Shown here piece after piece: positions 13,026-27,923 of a stretch of DNA of 64,000 nt (positions are counted from its first letter, which is position 1; the number at the start of each line of letters is the position of its first letter). The position numbers and the translations under genes are program-made. The stretch is from the human T2T-CHM13v2.0 reference genome, Homo sapiens: the NCBI RefSeq assembly GCF_009914755.1, contig NC_060930.1, one strand, 5' to 3'. The notes beneath the pieces were generated by a model, which saw only the letters and a list, made by a program, of their open reading frames with translations, made no database searches and was not told the origin of the DNA.

Positions 13026-14378
13026 AAAAAAAAAAAAAAAACAACCATACAAAGAAATAAAAACCCATTGTGTTAGCAAAAATGTGCTTGCTTTTGCAAG
13101 AGAATTAAAGTTGACTTTTCCTTAATGCTCAAAATGGAACAGCCCTCACTGCTAGCATCAGGACACTGCTGCCTGACCACAGATCCTTAAACTTTGTAGT
13201 ATTTCCTTTTTGTTTGATTCATAATGGAAGAGAATTAACACTACATTATTTAAGGCCTTTTGAGGTAAAATAAAACATTGGGCTGTTGCAAAATTAAAAT
13301 TGGAGATTCTAGCATTTGATTTTTTCTACTATGTTAAGTAAATTCCTTCAGGGGAGTTGGTTTCCAAGTCCACTGATTTCCCCTGCACCTGACAACAGAG
13401 TGTTCAGGACATGCTTTGACAACCCATCCCTGCCTTCTCCTAGAAGAGCCTGGTGATTTGACGGCCATTTCCTGTACTTTCTGGTCACCTGATTTTATAA
13501 TTTATTGAAACAAGTTCAATAGTTAAATAAAGTTAATTGATGTTTCTCATTCTAGAATAAGAATTGTGAGATAAAATGCTCTTTGAGATCATGGGAATTC
13601 ACTCAGACTTGTACTTTTTATAACCTGAGAGAACATTTCTTTAAAAAGTGTTCTCAGTGGTGTCAAAACATAAATAGGACATATATAAAATAGTATAAGA
13701 AATTAAATACAGATAATAGAATTCTTAGGAGAAAATGCTAGGAAAAATCCTGTCTTAAGGAATTGGTCAAAATTACTAATCTCCATGGTTTTAACCAATG
13801 CCATCCTTTTCACCTGAAAAGGCATTCTGGTGTCCTCTTGCTGGTGAGAAAATCTTTGGATGTTGAGTTTAACCTTGAGCAAAATTGTGACATTCAACTC
13901 AGTGGATCAGGAACTAGTATTTGATGTCCATAAAGCCTGACCCTGATGTTCATTTTGTCAACAATATAGCAGGTAGCTGAGACCCTTTGTGAGAGTTGTT
14001 TTGAGTTCCCTTTCATTGTAAGATTCTGAGAGCTCTTCATCACCGATAAGTTACTCGTCCTCAAAATAGAAGTGCAAAAGAAATCAAGTGAAATGCTGAA
14101 ATGTGCATATTTGTGAGTAATAAAATACTTTCTGTGTCACTTACGCACTTACATAATTCCTATTGAAATGTCACCCAAGAGTTTTATTTATCTCTCCATA
14201 CATTAGCCTTATTATATCAAGAGTAAATCAAAGCACAAAACGCTATGTGAATAGCTCTGAGATTGCAATCCTTAATTTCTGAGCTTCAGCCCCAATTTAA
14301 ATAGCACCCTTTACCCAAAGTTTTCACATGATTTCCAAACATTTGGATTTAAATTGAACTTCCTTTTATTTCTTACAA

Positions 14379-14889
<511 letters not shown>

Positions 14890-15423
14890 ATCTATGAGAA
14901 TAGATCTACAGAAAACTTAAATGACTGAATATTCAATAGTTTGAGGTAGGAATAAAACCATGACCTTTTCATTTCTGTTCACTGTTTTTACTGCTAGGTT
15001 AGTTTTTTTCCATGCTGTTCCTTTTCAGATGGACCAAGGGTTATGACTTGCATTAAAAACAATAGTTCACATTTGGATCACAGACATTCCTTTCTAGAAA
15101 AATAAGGGCAAAGTGGGCGCCATGTTTATTTAACTCAGAGAAAAGTGTTCAAATTGGTAAGTGCAATGTAGAGCTCCTAACACTGGAAGTGGTGGAAAGA
15201 CTGCTATTAAGTCCCAGTCAGGTAGTAATTGGGTACATAGATTAGATCCTGAATTAAGAAGACCGAGTATCTTCTCAGTCTGGTTCAATCTAAGGCACCT
15301 GTTAAGATCAGGCCTAAGTGAGGAAATGTCAGCTCATCTCTAGTAATCAAAATTGGGGGAAGTGGGGGTGGTTATGTCATATTTATAAGTAGTCATGATA
15401 CTCAAAATTCTGAAAACACTTAC

Positions 15424-15511
15424 CTGTTTGGGTAATGGGTCCAGAAGACTACAGTCATATTTATAAAGTATTAAAATAATACACATCTGAACCTCTAACA
15501 GAGCAAACCAC
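15424..15511 (-). CDS. CYP39A1: CYP39A1 coding exon (exon 11), 88 nt: (R)WFALLEVQMCIILILYKYDCSLLDPLPKQ
   Basis: Acceptor ttcttttcttccag|G, donor CAG|gtaagt. The first G completes AG|G (Arg) from exon 10. Encodes the P450 L-helix. Confidence 0.97.
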
Positions 15512-15629
15512 CTGGAAGAAAAGAATAAAATTGTTACTTGATTGTGAAAGATGTATAAATATCTGCCAACAGAGAATATCTAGAAAGCATACATATTTCA
15601 GAGTAAACATGCTCTTCTTTACAATATAC

Positions 15630-15768
15630 TCTTTTCCTATTTAAAGGACAGAGTAAGAACTTAACTCTTTCTTAATACCACCTACTCCATAGGGTAGCGG
15701 GATGATTAAATTGCTTTAAAATGTATATAAAGTGCTGAGCCAGTGGGAGCTCTCAATAAATGACAGTC
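15630..15768 (+). mobile_element. MIR 3' fragment
   Basis: taataccacctactccatagggt...attaaat...aaagtgct...ctcaataaatg. Confidence 0.6.
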
Positions 15769-15783
15769 CCAAGTCTCTCTCTT

Positions 15784-16020
15784 TAGGACTGTGCTTTCCA
15801 GTATCATAGCCATTAGATACAAGTGGCTATTTCAATTTAAATACATTTAATAAATAAGTTTAAGATTAAGCAAAATGGAAAATTTCAGTTCCTCGGTTGC
15901 ACTGGCCATATTTCAAGTGCTCAAAAGCTGCATGTGGTTACAGGCTACTATACTGGACAGTGTATATTTAAGATATTTCCATGATCACAGAAGGCTCTAT
16001 TGGACAGTCCTACCTAAGTC
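15784..16020. mobile_element. MER3 (hAT-Charlie)
   Basis: aaatttcagttcctcggttgcactggccatatttcaagtgctc...ctattggacag matches MER3. Confidence 0.8.
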
Positions 16021-16024
16021 TAGA

Positions 16025-17380
16025 TCCTGTTGCCCACTGGAAATTACTGCCTGAATGTTCTACAGGAACATCAAATTCCCCAGGACCTCTAAATCCACTT
16101 TTCCTTTTGCACTCCTTGTCTAAGAGTGCCCAAGCATTTTGATCACACACTCTTGATAATAAAATATTTCAGCATGCCCTACAATATATTGATACTCATT
16201 TATTTTAAATTATGCACATATACTACACTGTTTAGAGACTATTTTCTAAGACACAAATAGAAACTAAAAAACTGAAAAAAGTATAAATAGAATTCTGTTA
16301 TTTTTCCCTGTGTCCCATTGGGTTGTTTTGAACTCTCTGCAGGATAGGGAAACCTTTTAGGAAGCATAGCCCTTAATGAATACAATTAGTCCAACGGGAC
16401 AGAACATTGTCATAGACTAAATCCTCTCCATCACCCTCCATATCCAATTAGGCACCAAGTCCTTTTTTTGTGGTTCTCCTAAATAGCTCTTAATTCTCCT
16501 CCTTAACCCCTTATCTCCAGTCCCTCCATGACTCCCTCAGTGTAGTTCTTCATCATTTATTTCCTGGATTACTGAATCAATTTACCTTCCACATGGCTTC
16601 CAGTTTCACTTCCCTCTACTCTGTCCTTTACCCTACCACTGGAGTAAACTTTCTAAAACACATATCTTCACTATCTCCTCATTACACACACACGCAGACA
16701 CAGACACACACACACACACACACACGCAATCTTTCAAACACCACAGCAGAATACAGCCAGCCCTTGAAGATCTGCCCCTTACCTATCTCTGCAGTCTCCT
16801 CTCCCCCAGAGCTCCCCCTTGACACCATGTGGCTCTAGCCACGTTATATTACTTGACATTCTCTGAATGATGATGCTCTGTGCCACAAGCCTTTCCCTTT
16901 CTGAGGCTCAATCTCCTCTGGAAGCATTTCCTGATAACTGTCCTCCAGGCTGTAGTGCCCTTCCTCTCCACCACATGGTTCCCTGGTCACATCTTAGCCA
17001 CAGCTGCTACTGCACCACATTGTGATTGCTTGTTAGCCAGGGCTCTCCCAGAGGAGGATTTGTATTATGAGGCCTTAGCACAGTGCACAGCACACTATTA
17101 GTACCTAATAATGTTAACTGAATAAATGAATAGTGATGGAAAGTGATGCCTTCCATAGAGAAGATTCAATTTCCTGCCCTTTCCACCTGTCTCTGTATTT
17201 CTGTGGCACTTTACATATCCCTTAACTAATGCCTTTATCCTACAATCCTACTATATCTTACTATATTACAGCTAGAATTTGCATGTCTGTCTTCCCTTAT
17301 AGACTACAGCCTTCACAAAAAGCAGGAACTATGTCTTATCTTTAAATCATCAATGTTTGTTGATTGAATGAGTGAATGTA
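16025..17380 (+). mobile_element. Fragmented L2, including a (CA)n-like tract at 16684-16727
   Basis: Pyrimidine-rich L2 body. L2 termini ...gaataaatgaat (~17130) and ...gttgattgaatgagtgaatg (~17378). Confidence 0.65.
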
Positions 17381-19005
17381 TACATATCAATGATCTCATA
17401 TTCATATCAAATAATTAGATTTTTCTGCACTACTGTTCTTGAAACATCTTGACTGTATTTTATTTCAAATGAAATCTGGAGCACTCCAGGTGTGGCTATA
17501 ATCCATCTGAATATCACATCAATTATTCAGTAATATTTATGATGCAAATTTAACCCTACTTACTTGCAAATGCTAAAGATAATTTATTCTAAAAGGGTAT
17601 CCATGTCTATGAAATAGGACATGGCTAATATTTACTGATTTGGATCAAAGTCAGCAATGTTTCTAAGAAAAAACAACTTTGCTAACTCACATAAAGGTTC
17701 AGAATGTCTCACAACTAAGGTTTTGTCAAACTTTTCACAAATTGGAATTTCCATTCCTGGCCATGATAAAGTAACAAAAGTTGGTGTTATCTTCCTGCCT
17801 TAAATAACTCAAAAACGGGGCAAACTCCAGTGTAGGACAAAGATCTCCAGAGGAAGTAAAGAATGAGACGAAACCCATGATTGCTTCGGTTTCCTGCTTC
17901 TGGCAGTCTTCAGGCCACAGTGCAAGGACAGAAAAAACTCACAGGTCTGAGAGTATTATTAATTCAGCAGACAGAGATCCAAGTTCAGGCAAGCTAAAGA
18001 GACTAAAATTTGTAGAGAAGAGTATCAGAAAAGAAGGAGTTTCACAGAAAGAGAGCGCACAAGAGTATTCCAGGGATCTAGATAGGAGTCTACTTGAGTA
18101 TTTGGCAGAGTACTGATCTCTGCATGTGTGAGAGAAAACTACTGAGACGGAAAAAGAACCACAAAAGGGAAATCAAAGCACAAGAAGCTGAATAAGGCCA
18201 AGAGCTCACACAAGACATGGAGGCTGTGTTCACACAAGAAAAAGTCTCACCATTGTACAGCACATGGACCATTAGCTAGAGCTCTTAAATGGGTATTGCC
18301 TTAGTAGTGGGATTAGATTATTTTACATTAAATGGCGCTCTGGATTTACCTTACTGAAGCTTAAAAACAAGTTTTGCAAAGTTGTTTTTCTAAGCAACTA
18401 ACTGCATGTCATAATGAGGTCTAAACTAAAAGAATACAACACAACCCAGTATCCATGGCACTTAACATTTACGTCTTGCCATCTATTCAAAAGTTAACAG
18501 GCTTAGAAAAAACAAAACAGAAAAATGACCTCAATCCAAGAGAAAGCCCATTGAAAAAATATAGGCCCAGAAATGACAGATATTAAAAATAGTTATTATA
18601 CTCCACAGGTTCATAAAGGTAGAAAAGAACAGCATGATGAGGAGAGAAAGATAAGATATTTTAAAAATAATTGTGCTTCTAGCAATGAAAAATACAATAT
18701 CTTAAATGAAAAATAAACTGGATGGGATTAACAGATGGTAAAATGCTGCCAAAGAAAAGATAATGGAATTTAATTAACATAACAAAGAAAAATATCTAAA
18801 ATGAAGTACACAGAATAAAAGCCTATAAAAATAAATAGGTTATTAACTTATAAAATAACGAAGTCTAACATACATGTTATTAGAGATATAGATGACCAAG
18901 CAGGGAAAATATTTTGAGAAGTAATAGTGAAACATTTTCAAATTTTTTTGAAAACTATAATTTACAGATCAAGACCCCCAAGCAGAAGAAATATAAAGAA
19001 AATCA

Positions 19006-19309
<304 letters not shown>

Positions 19310-19617
19310 GCAAGGCACAGTGGCTCACACTTGTAATCCCAGTATTTTGGGAGGCCGAGGAGGGCAGATCATGAAGTCAGGAGTTCAAGACCAGCCTGGC
19401 CAAGATGGTGAAATCCCATCTCTACTAAAAATACAAAAATTAGCCAGGTGTGGTGGTGGGTGCCTGTAATCCCAGCTACTGCGGAGGCTGAGGCAGAGAA
19501 TTGCTTGAACTCCGGAGGCAGAGTTTGCAATGAGCTGAGATCGCACCACTGCATTCCAGCCTGGGAGACAGCAAGACTCCATCTCAAAAAAAAAAAAAAA
19601 AAAAAAGAAAAAAAGAA
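19310..19617 (+). mobile_element. AluSg-like, in the A-tail of the preceding Alu
   Basis: Diagnostic gccaagatggtg and 2-nt left-arm gap. One outer TSD, AAAGAAAATCATGC, flanks both Alus. Confidence 0.92.
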
Positions 19618-19851
19618 AAAGAAAATCATGCTAATGTGAATCATAATCAAATTGCAATTAATAAATAAACCCAGGGATTAAAAAAATTAAGTAGCCAGAA
19701 AACAAAGACACCATAAAGAACAACAAACATTAAAAGTTAACATAGACTTTTCACTGGAAACAATGCAAGCCAAAGGACTTACAATGTGTTTAAAGAATAG
19801 AAAGAAAAATAATAAGCAGTCAAGGTATAAAGAAAGGGAGCTAATACTGTT

Positions 19852-20240
19852 TGTATTCATCTGTTCTCACACTGTGAAAAGAACTTATCTAAGACTTGGG
19901 AATTTATGAAAAAAAAAGAGGTTTAATTGACTCACAGTTCTGCAGGCTTAACAGGAAGCATGACTGGGAAGCCTCAGGAAACTTGCAATCATGGCAGAAG
20001 GTGAAGGGGAAGCAAGCTCCTTCTTCACATGGTGGCCGGAGAGAGAAAGCGAGGAAAGGGGGAAGTGCCACACACTTTTACACCATCATATCTCGTGAGA
20101 ACTCATTCACTATCACGAACATCAAGGGGGAAGTTCACCCCCATGATTCAATCACCTCCTACCAGGCCCCTCCTCCTCCAAATGTGGAGATTATAATTCA
20201 ACATGAGATTTGGGTGGGGACACAGAGGCAAACTATATCA
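19852..20240 (-). mobile_element. MSTA-like MaLR solo LTR
   Basis: TG...CA ends, MST/THE1 motifs, perfect 5-bp TSD CTGTT. Confidence 0.9.
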
Positions 20241-20367
20241 CTGTTCTTTCTAATAATGCACTAATTTTACCATGAGAGAGATCAGCCTAAGTAATCTGGG
20301 GGTAAATATTTAATTTTCTCCGTAAGGATTTAGATTATAGCATGCATTAGGAAAAAAGGTGATTGTC

Positions 20368-20724
<357 letters not shown>

Positions 20725-21509
20725 TCAACCATTCATTCAGTAGAAAATTTAAAAGAATTAATATTTGGGCAGGTCTTAAGGAACATAGTGTGCCTGTGCC
20801 CGCAATGAACAGTTTTGAGGAACTCAAGTCCCAAGGACAACCATGGACAGTCCTGCTAAAGCCCCTCATGTTACTCTATACTCAGACTGAGAAATGACCT
20901 AGGGAGGAAGGGTGGTGATATATCTTGGAGTAAAATCAGCTTCTCAGAGGAGGGATGAGACTAAAAGGAGGGCAGCTGCTCTGTGACTATTTTGCAAAAG
21001 AGACAAACACATTGCCATGTAAAGGCATATAAGGTTAGGAAAAAGGAACCTTCTGTGAAGTGCTCAATTTAAGTACTTTTCTCTAGGACTATAGGAAAAT
21101 AAACATTTTATGTACAATTTTAATATTTCCCTACCTATGCTGTAATTTGCTTACCCTAAAAATTCCATAAGAACTGACACATTTACACTATCTTGTGTGA
21201 TAGTGCAGTGGAAAGTAAAGAGGTGATATAATGGCAGGAAGCATGAGTAGCCTCACTTTCATCCCTCTGCTGGAGATGATCTGAAAAAAGCAGCATCTCA
21301 TTTTCAGTGCTGTGGGTGGTAGCACGTGGAGGAGCTGGGAGCTCAGCAAAGACTGCAGAACACCAAGGGTCAAATTTAAATGGATAACTAGGTTGTGAAT
21401 GTAACACACCTGTCTTTTCTCTCTTCTCCTTTGAAAAAAAGTGACTTTTATGGGAACAGTAAAGCGACACTTAGATTATACACTAAGAGTTCTAACAATA
21501 AAATAAGAC

Positions 21510-22630
21510 CCCCATTCATTCATTCATTCATTCGATGTTTATTGTGTCCTTATGTGCTTTATATACTTCTAAGCACTGAAGTCACCCCAGTAAACAAAAA
21601 CAATATTCATGTTCTCATGAAGCTTAAATTCTAGTAGAATGCATTCTAGAATAATAAATAAGAACAGGAAAGAAAGTTGATGGAGGTGTGGGCTAAAATA
21701 TTTTAGAGAAGGAAGGTCTCTCTGATGAGGTGACATTTTATCAGACCCTAGAATAAAATAAGAGGGTGAGCCATAAAAGGTGCAAAAATCCAGAGTTAGA
21801 AGAATGAGAAATGATGAGAAGGCTAGTATTGAGATGGGAAGCTACTGGACAGTTTTGAGAAGTATGACAAGCTCTGAAAGGATCCTTCAGTTGCTACACT
21901 GAGAATAAAATATAGGGTGAGATGAATGGAAGCGAAAAGAGTGATAAGAAAGCCACTACAATTTTCCAGACAATAGAAAGTGGTGACTTAGAACAGGATG
22001 GTAGAAATAGTTGTAAGCCATAGTTAGAGTCTGGATATATTCTGTAGGATGGACTGATGGTTTACATTATACATGTGAAGAATATAAAGGAATCAAGGAT
22101 GACTCCAAAGTTTTCGACTTGAGGAAATGCAAGGATACAGCTGTTGTTTACCTCAGAAATGGGGAAGATTGAAGGAAGAGGAGGTTGAGGGAATTGTAAT
22201 CTGGAGCTCAGTTTTGGACTTAAGTACAGCTCTCTATAGACCAGTGCCTTTTAGATATCCAAAGAAGATGTTGAATGGAAGCTAAGTAATGAGCCCCATG
22301 ATTAGGAAGGATTCATTCAGGGTCAGAGATAGAAGATTTATAAATATAAGAGTCATCATTATTTAGACAATTATTTAAAGCCATGGGGCAGTATGAGATC
22401 ACTTACAGAGTGAGTTAAATAAACTTGATTAAAAAAAAATCTACGGAAGGAGCCCTGGGGTAATCCAAAATTTGGAAGTCAGGAAATTGAGGAAGATGAG
22501 CAAAGGAGATGGGAAAGAAGCAGGCCAAAAGGTAGAATAATAAAGGAAGGTGGTGTGTCTGCAACCCCATAAATAAAGTGTTTCATGGAAGGTGTGAGCC
22601 AGCCTATCAAATGGAAAGAAGGCAAAAAGC
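21510..22630 (-). mobile_element. L2 (L2a-like)
   Basis: (CATT)n L2 tail at 21513-21533, followed by the purine-rich reverse L2 body (ggaatcaaggatgactccaaag). Confidence 0.8.
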
Positions 22631-23514
22631 ACCAATATGTGAAATTAGACATCAAGCTCCCACTTACATAAAGTAACCACTTCTTTTCAGTACTTAGCTC
22701 TCTTCCTACAAGTAAATTAAATGAGCTCACTTTTTCAAATAACTAAGTTGGCATTTCATGTTTGGTAGAATATTAGGAAGTAGTGACTTCCTAGCATTCA
22801 ATATTTACTTGGCAGCTCTAGAAAAAATGCTGGCTAATTTTGTATTTGTGAATTATAGAACAGTTTTGTAGGTTCCTTGCTTTATTCAAATAAATCCTAT
22901 CTCCTTATCATTGTTTTAAGCCCTTCTCTAATATAAGCTTGCTATTGACCAGTGCAGTGATTTCCAACTTCTCTGAGTTCAGCATCCTGGGATAAAAGGC
23001 CCCTGCCACTCTTCCTCTCAAGTCCCTAGAGGCACTGCAACAAGCGAAAAAGACAGTCAACAATTTGAGGGTGCAGTATGGGAGCTGCGCAAGTGAAGAA
23101 GGTACACTTGGTAGAGAGAAAATCCATTCCAAGGGACAGACTTAGAAGAAAAATAGTATCTAGGGACCTGCAAGTTGTTGACTCCATGCAGAAGGTGAGG
23201 TGATGAGAGATGAAGCTGGACAGTGCAGGAGGAGCCGGTTCAAGGGGGGTTTGAATGTGCCATGTGACAGTGTTGGGACTTTAATAACGAAAGTGCCCCT
23301 CAATAGATTGTGCTGATTGAACAATTATATCTAGGTGTGGAAACGGGGTTTCTCGAAGCTTTATTACAACATATAGGAGGTATTCAATAAATACTTCCTG
23401 GATCCCTAAAATAATTTGCTAAGCAAATGAGAAATGCAAACAAGATCAACGTTCATAAGTTAAGAGCACAATATTAAACATTTTAGAAATACCGTGCATA
23501 TTTTGATTAGAAAT

Positions 23515-24296
<782 letters not shown>

Positions 24297-25739
24297 TTAA
24301 AAGTTTGAAGCTGAAAAATATGTTAGAAAAAATCTGTAGAGAAAGTAGAATGAGGAACAGAATGAATAATAAAAAATTTCAAAAAAAGATTAGAAATAAT
24401 ATTTACCAATGTATTAAAACAATTTTCTGTTACAATCTATAAGGCAGAATTTCCCTAATTAATTTTAGTCTATGTGATGTTCTTAAAAATGATAAAACTA
24501 CATTTCCCTTAAAGATAAATACTCAGGCTTTTGGCCAATTCATAATGTACATTTTGAATTTGTGTGGCTTAATATTTTTCTTTTCTACTTTTTAGTGTTA
24601 GTTTAGTTATTAAATTAATAACTAGCTATTAAGATAGTATTGATATTTATATTACATTAAGATTTTGATATCTTAAAGGAAAAGTTGAATTTTCTTCAAA
24701 TCCAAATATTTGGATATTCTAATAGAATTACCTCAATTCACCACTAAAGTTTTTTTCTTTACAGTGGCAAAAAAAAAAAAAAATACTGTTTTTTAAAGCC
24801 TTTACTATGTCACTGAATTTTGTTCAATGTGTAAAATACCAGAAACTGACATATACATACCTAGGACATAGAAAGCTTTTTATGTCAAAGAAAACGGGCC
24901 TTGTAAATTCGTATTTTTACAGAAGCTCTTCAGAAGCAAGCTAAGCTATGTTCAGGTAAGTAATGTTTTCTTAATACTTCTAATGTCAAAACAGTGAAAA
25001 TAATGAGGCACATTGTTTATGACAGATTTATCTTTTACACTTACAAGAACAACATTACACATCTACTAATAAAGCTCATTAAAATAGAAACATGTTGAAA
25101 ATTTTTTAAATACTTGGTACTTGCGTATTTTCTGCATTTGTATTTAAATACTTCATTAAGGAATGCTACACAGGCATTGAGAACACCAAGACCGACACAA
25201 CACAATGCTAGCAATGCACATGGAGAGATGGAAGAGGTCACAATAATATATAGATGAAGGTAGAAACAAGGGAAACAAAATTTGGAGTCTGGAGAGCACT
25301 CTACAACCTGGCATGATTAACACTGACTTTATATGGAGGTGAAACTTGAGCTACACCATGAGGGCAAAAGAACCTTTAAATAAGTAGACTTGTTGAGTGA
25401 GAGCATTCCAGAGCCAGCAGAAAACATGGGCAAGGGGAGGAGTGGACACTCTGTAGTAAGGAACAGCAAGTAGACGCTCTGGGGAGGACATTCTCAGATG
25501 TTTAGAAAGGTAAGGCTGGTGTCAGATTATGGAGGGCCCGGAGTTCTAGGCTAATGAGTTTGGCCAGCAGGTAGTGGCACCAGAATCTCAATGAGAGAGT
25601 GACAATCAGATTATTATTTAAGGAAAACTCATCTGTATGTAGTGAGTAAGATGGATTGAAATAAGAGATAATACAGTCAGGGAGAAGGGTTAGGCAATGA
25701 TAATAGTCATCTGATGCTGAGGTGAAGGAGACCTAGTTT

Positions 25740-26148
25740 GTTTTTTATTTTGTATTTTTTTTATTTTATTCTATTTTATTCTATTTTATTCTATTCTATT
25801 TTATTCTATTTTATTCTATTTTATTCTATTTTATTCTATTTTATTTTATTTTATTTTATTTTAAGACAGAGTCTCCCTCTGTTGCCCAGGCTGAAGTGCA
25901 GTGGTGTGATCTCGGCTCACTGCAATCTCTGCCTCAGGGGTTCAAGCTATTCTCTCCTGCCTCAGCCTCCCAAGTAGCTGGGATTATAGGCACCCACCAT
26001 TACACCCAAGTAATTTTTTTGTATTTTTAGTAGAGACGAGGTTTCACCATATTGGTCAGGCTGGTCGCAAACTCCTAACCTCAAGTGATCCGCCCATCTC
26101 AACCTCCCAAAATGCTGGGATTACAGGTGTGAGCCACTGGACCTGGCT
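25740..26148 (-). mobile_element. AluS with expanded pentanucleotide tail
   Basis: Full dimer. TSD AGGAGACCTAGTTT (25726-25739, 26150-26163). Confidence 0.92.
25763..25862. repeat. Mosaic pentanucleotide repeat, 12x ATTTT + 8x ATTCT
   Basis: Counted directly from sequence. Confidence 0.92.
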
Positions 26149-26665
26149 GAGGAGACCTAGTTTTAAAGGAGTGGAGAATGTACACAGAAGGCCAGAAGGA
26201 AGGAGGAGTAAAGGATAACTCCAAAAACCCAGGTGTCTAAGAGAGCAGTGATAGAAGGAGAGAGAGTACTGAAGGAATGCTAGTATTGGGGAAAATTGAT
26301 GATTTTAATTTTAGATGTCTTGATTTTGAGACTGAATACCTCTGTCACTTTTAAAGAGAACACCTCTCTCTTTTTTCCTCCTAGAAGTCATTGTAGGTAA
26401 TGCCAGCATGTGCTGGAAAGCTATCACTGTTGCCAGGAGCAAGAGGTCTGAAGTATATTCCTAGTTGCCACCAGCTGCAGCTTATGAAAATAGAATGATC
26501 TTGCCCCGGAATTCAGAGAAGGTAGCATACAGACATAGTGTCATAGGCATCATTCATTGAAGCGCAGCTATCAAGTTAAAGCGGAAGTATGGCAACCTCA
26601 TCCCTCTGAGAAATCTTTTAGGAAAATAAAATCAATATGGTAGCAGGAGGCAAAATAATCTAGCA

Positions 26666-26850
26666 CCTGTGATTCTCAAATTTTAGTGCATCAGAATCAT
26701 CTGGAGGGCTTGTTAAAACAGATTGCTGGGCCCCACCCCCAAAGTTTCTGAGTCGGGAGATCTGGGACAGGGCCCAGGAACTTGCATTTATTACAAGTTT
26801 CCTGGTAATCTTAATACTGGTGGTCTGGGGACCACATTTTGAGAATACTG
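26666..26850 (-). mobile_element. MER5A (hAT)
   Basis: Complete element with TIRs and ATCTAGxx-type 8-bp target sites on both sides. Confidence 0.88.
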
Positions 26851-27059
26851 ATCTAGAGGAACTTGTCAAGGAAAATGATGAAAAAAAAATATGTTAGAAG
26901 ATGCAGTTTGCCAAACCTTTTAATTTTAGCACACAACATTAAAATTATAAAGAATATCTCCATTATACATGCAACATTATGTCTGGGGTACCAAACTTTT
27001 GATTGGGAATACTGGTGAAAGCATAATCTGGTAGAGTGGGAAGGTAGATGTTTTATATT

Positions 27060-27192
27060 AAATATAGAAAAAAAAGAACAAAATGGGAAGAGAAGAAAGG
27101 GATAAGGGTAAGCTGAATGAGAAGGAAAAGAAGAAAACATAAAAAAAAGAAGAAAATGGGAAATAAATAAAATAAAAAAAGGAGATGAGAAA
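27060..27192. repeat. Purine (GA/A)-rich low-complexity tract
   Basis: Base composition. Confidence 0.75.
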
Positions 27193-27229
27193 GTGTAAAC
27201 ACATCAAACGAATCTGGTGTAGACGTTTA

Positions 27230-27674
27230 TGTAACAATGTTGTGAGTTGCTTTTCATTTGCCATGGACCCCCAGGATGAAGGTCATGTAACCAGGGCATG
27301 CCCAGATAACCAACTGTGCAACCACAGAGGGATTAAGTGCTTGGACCAAGGAGCAGGGACTGAATTAAGCAGCATACACCACATTGCAGGATCCAGGATC
27401 CAATCAGATAGAGCACTGTCATCACCCATGGCAGGATCCAGTCAGATCATGCTTCCCGACATCACCTCATTGTTAAGATCCAATCAGATCACACATCATT
27501 ACCCTATGCTTATGAAACCTACCCCAGCCTCCAGCTTGGGGAGACAGATTTGAGCATTTCCTCCTGTATCCTTGCCAGTTGACTTGAAATAAAAGTTTTC
27601 TTTTCTCAAAAGCCAGTGCCATGGTATTGGCCTCTATGCATATCTGACAGCAAACTCACTGATGCTCAGTCACA
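27230..27674 (+). mobile_element. ERV solo LTR, LTR32-like
   Basis: TG...CA ends, three GATCCA(A/G)TCAGAT units, TATA-like cttatgaaa, AATAAA at 27588-27593. Family name recalled from memory. Confidence 0.7.
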
Positions 27675-27923
27675 AGAGCAGATGGGACAGCAAGAATGAA
27701 GAACTGGAGAACCTCAGCCCTTCTCGATTTGACATACTGTTTTCTGTTTCATTAGGAAGATTATAAGTGGCTGTTACTAGGAGTGCATGCTCTGGAGCTA
27801 TTGTTTTCCTGACTGCAGCCAGGATTGTTCTAATCGTGATCCTATGGTTACTCCTCCTAGAAATAAAATTTCCATACAAATGAGCTATGAGCTAATAGTT
27901 TGGCTATCTCTTTTTAAACATTC

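Larger units (their letters stand above)
25300..26335 (-). mobile_element. Diverged L2, interrupted by an Alu
   Basis: Purine-rich reverse L2 blocks (gagcattccag, gagtaaaggataactcc, ttttagatgtcttgattttgag). Confidence 0.55.

Noticed and set aside
19896-20264. 122-aa ORF
   Set aside because: Lies almost entirely within an MSTA LTR, so a chance ORF.
27185-27553. 122-aa ORF
   Set aside because: Mostly inside a solo LTR, with no recognisable domain.
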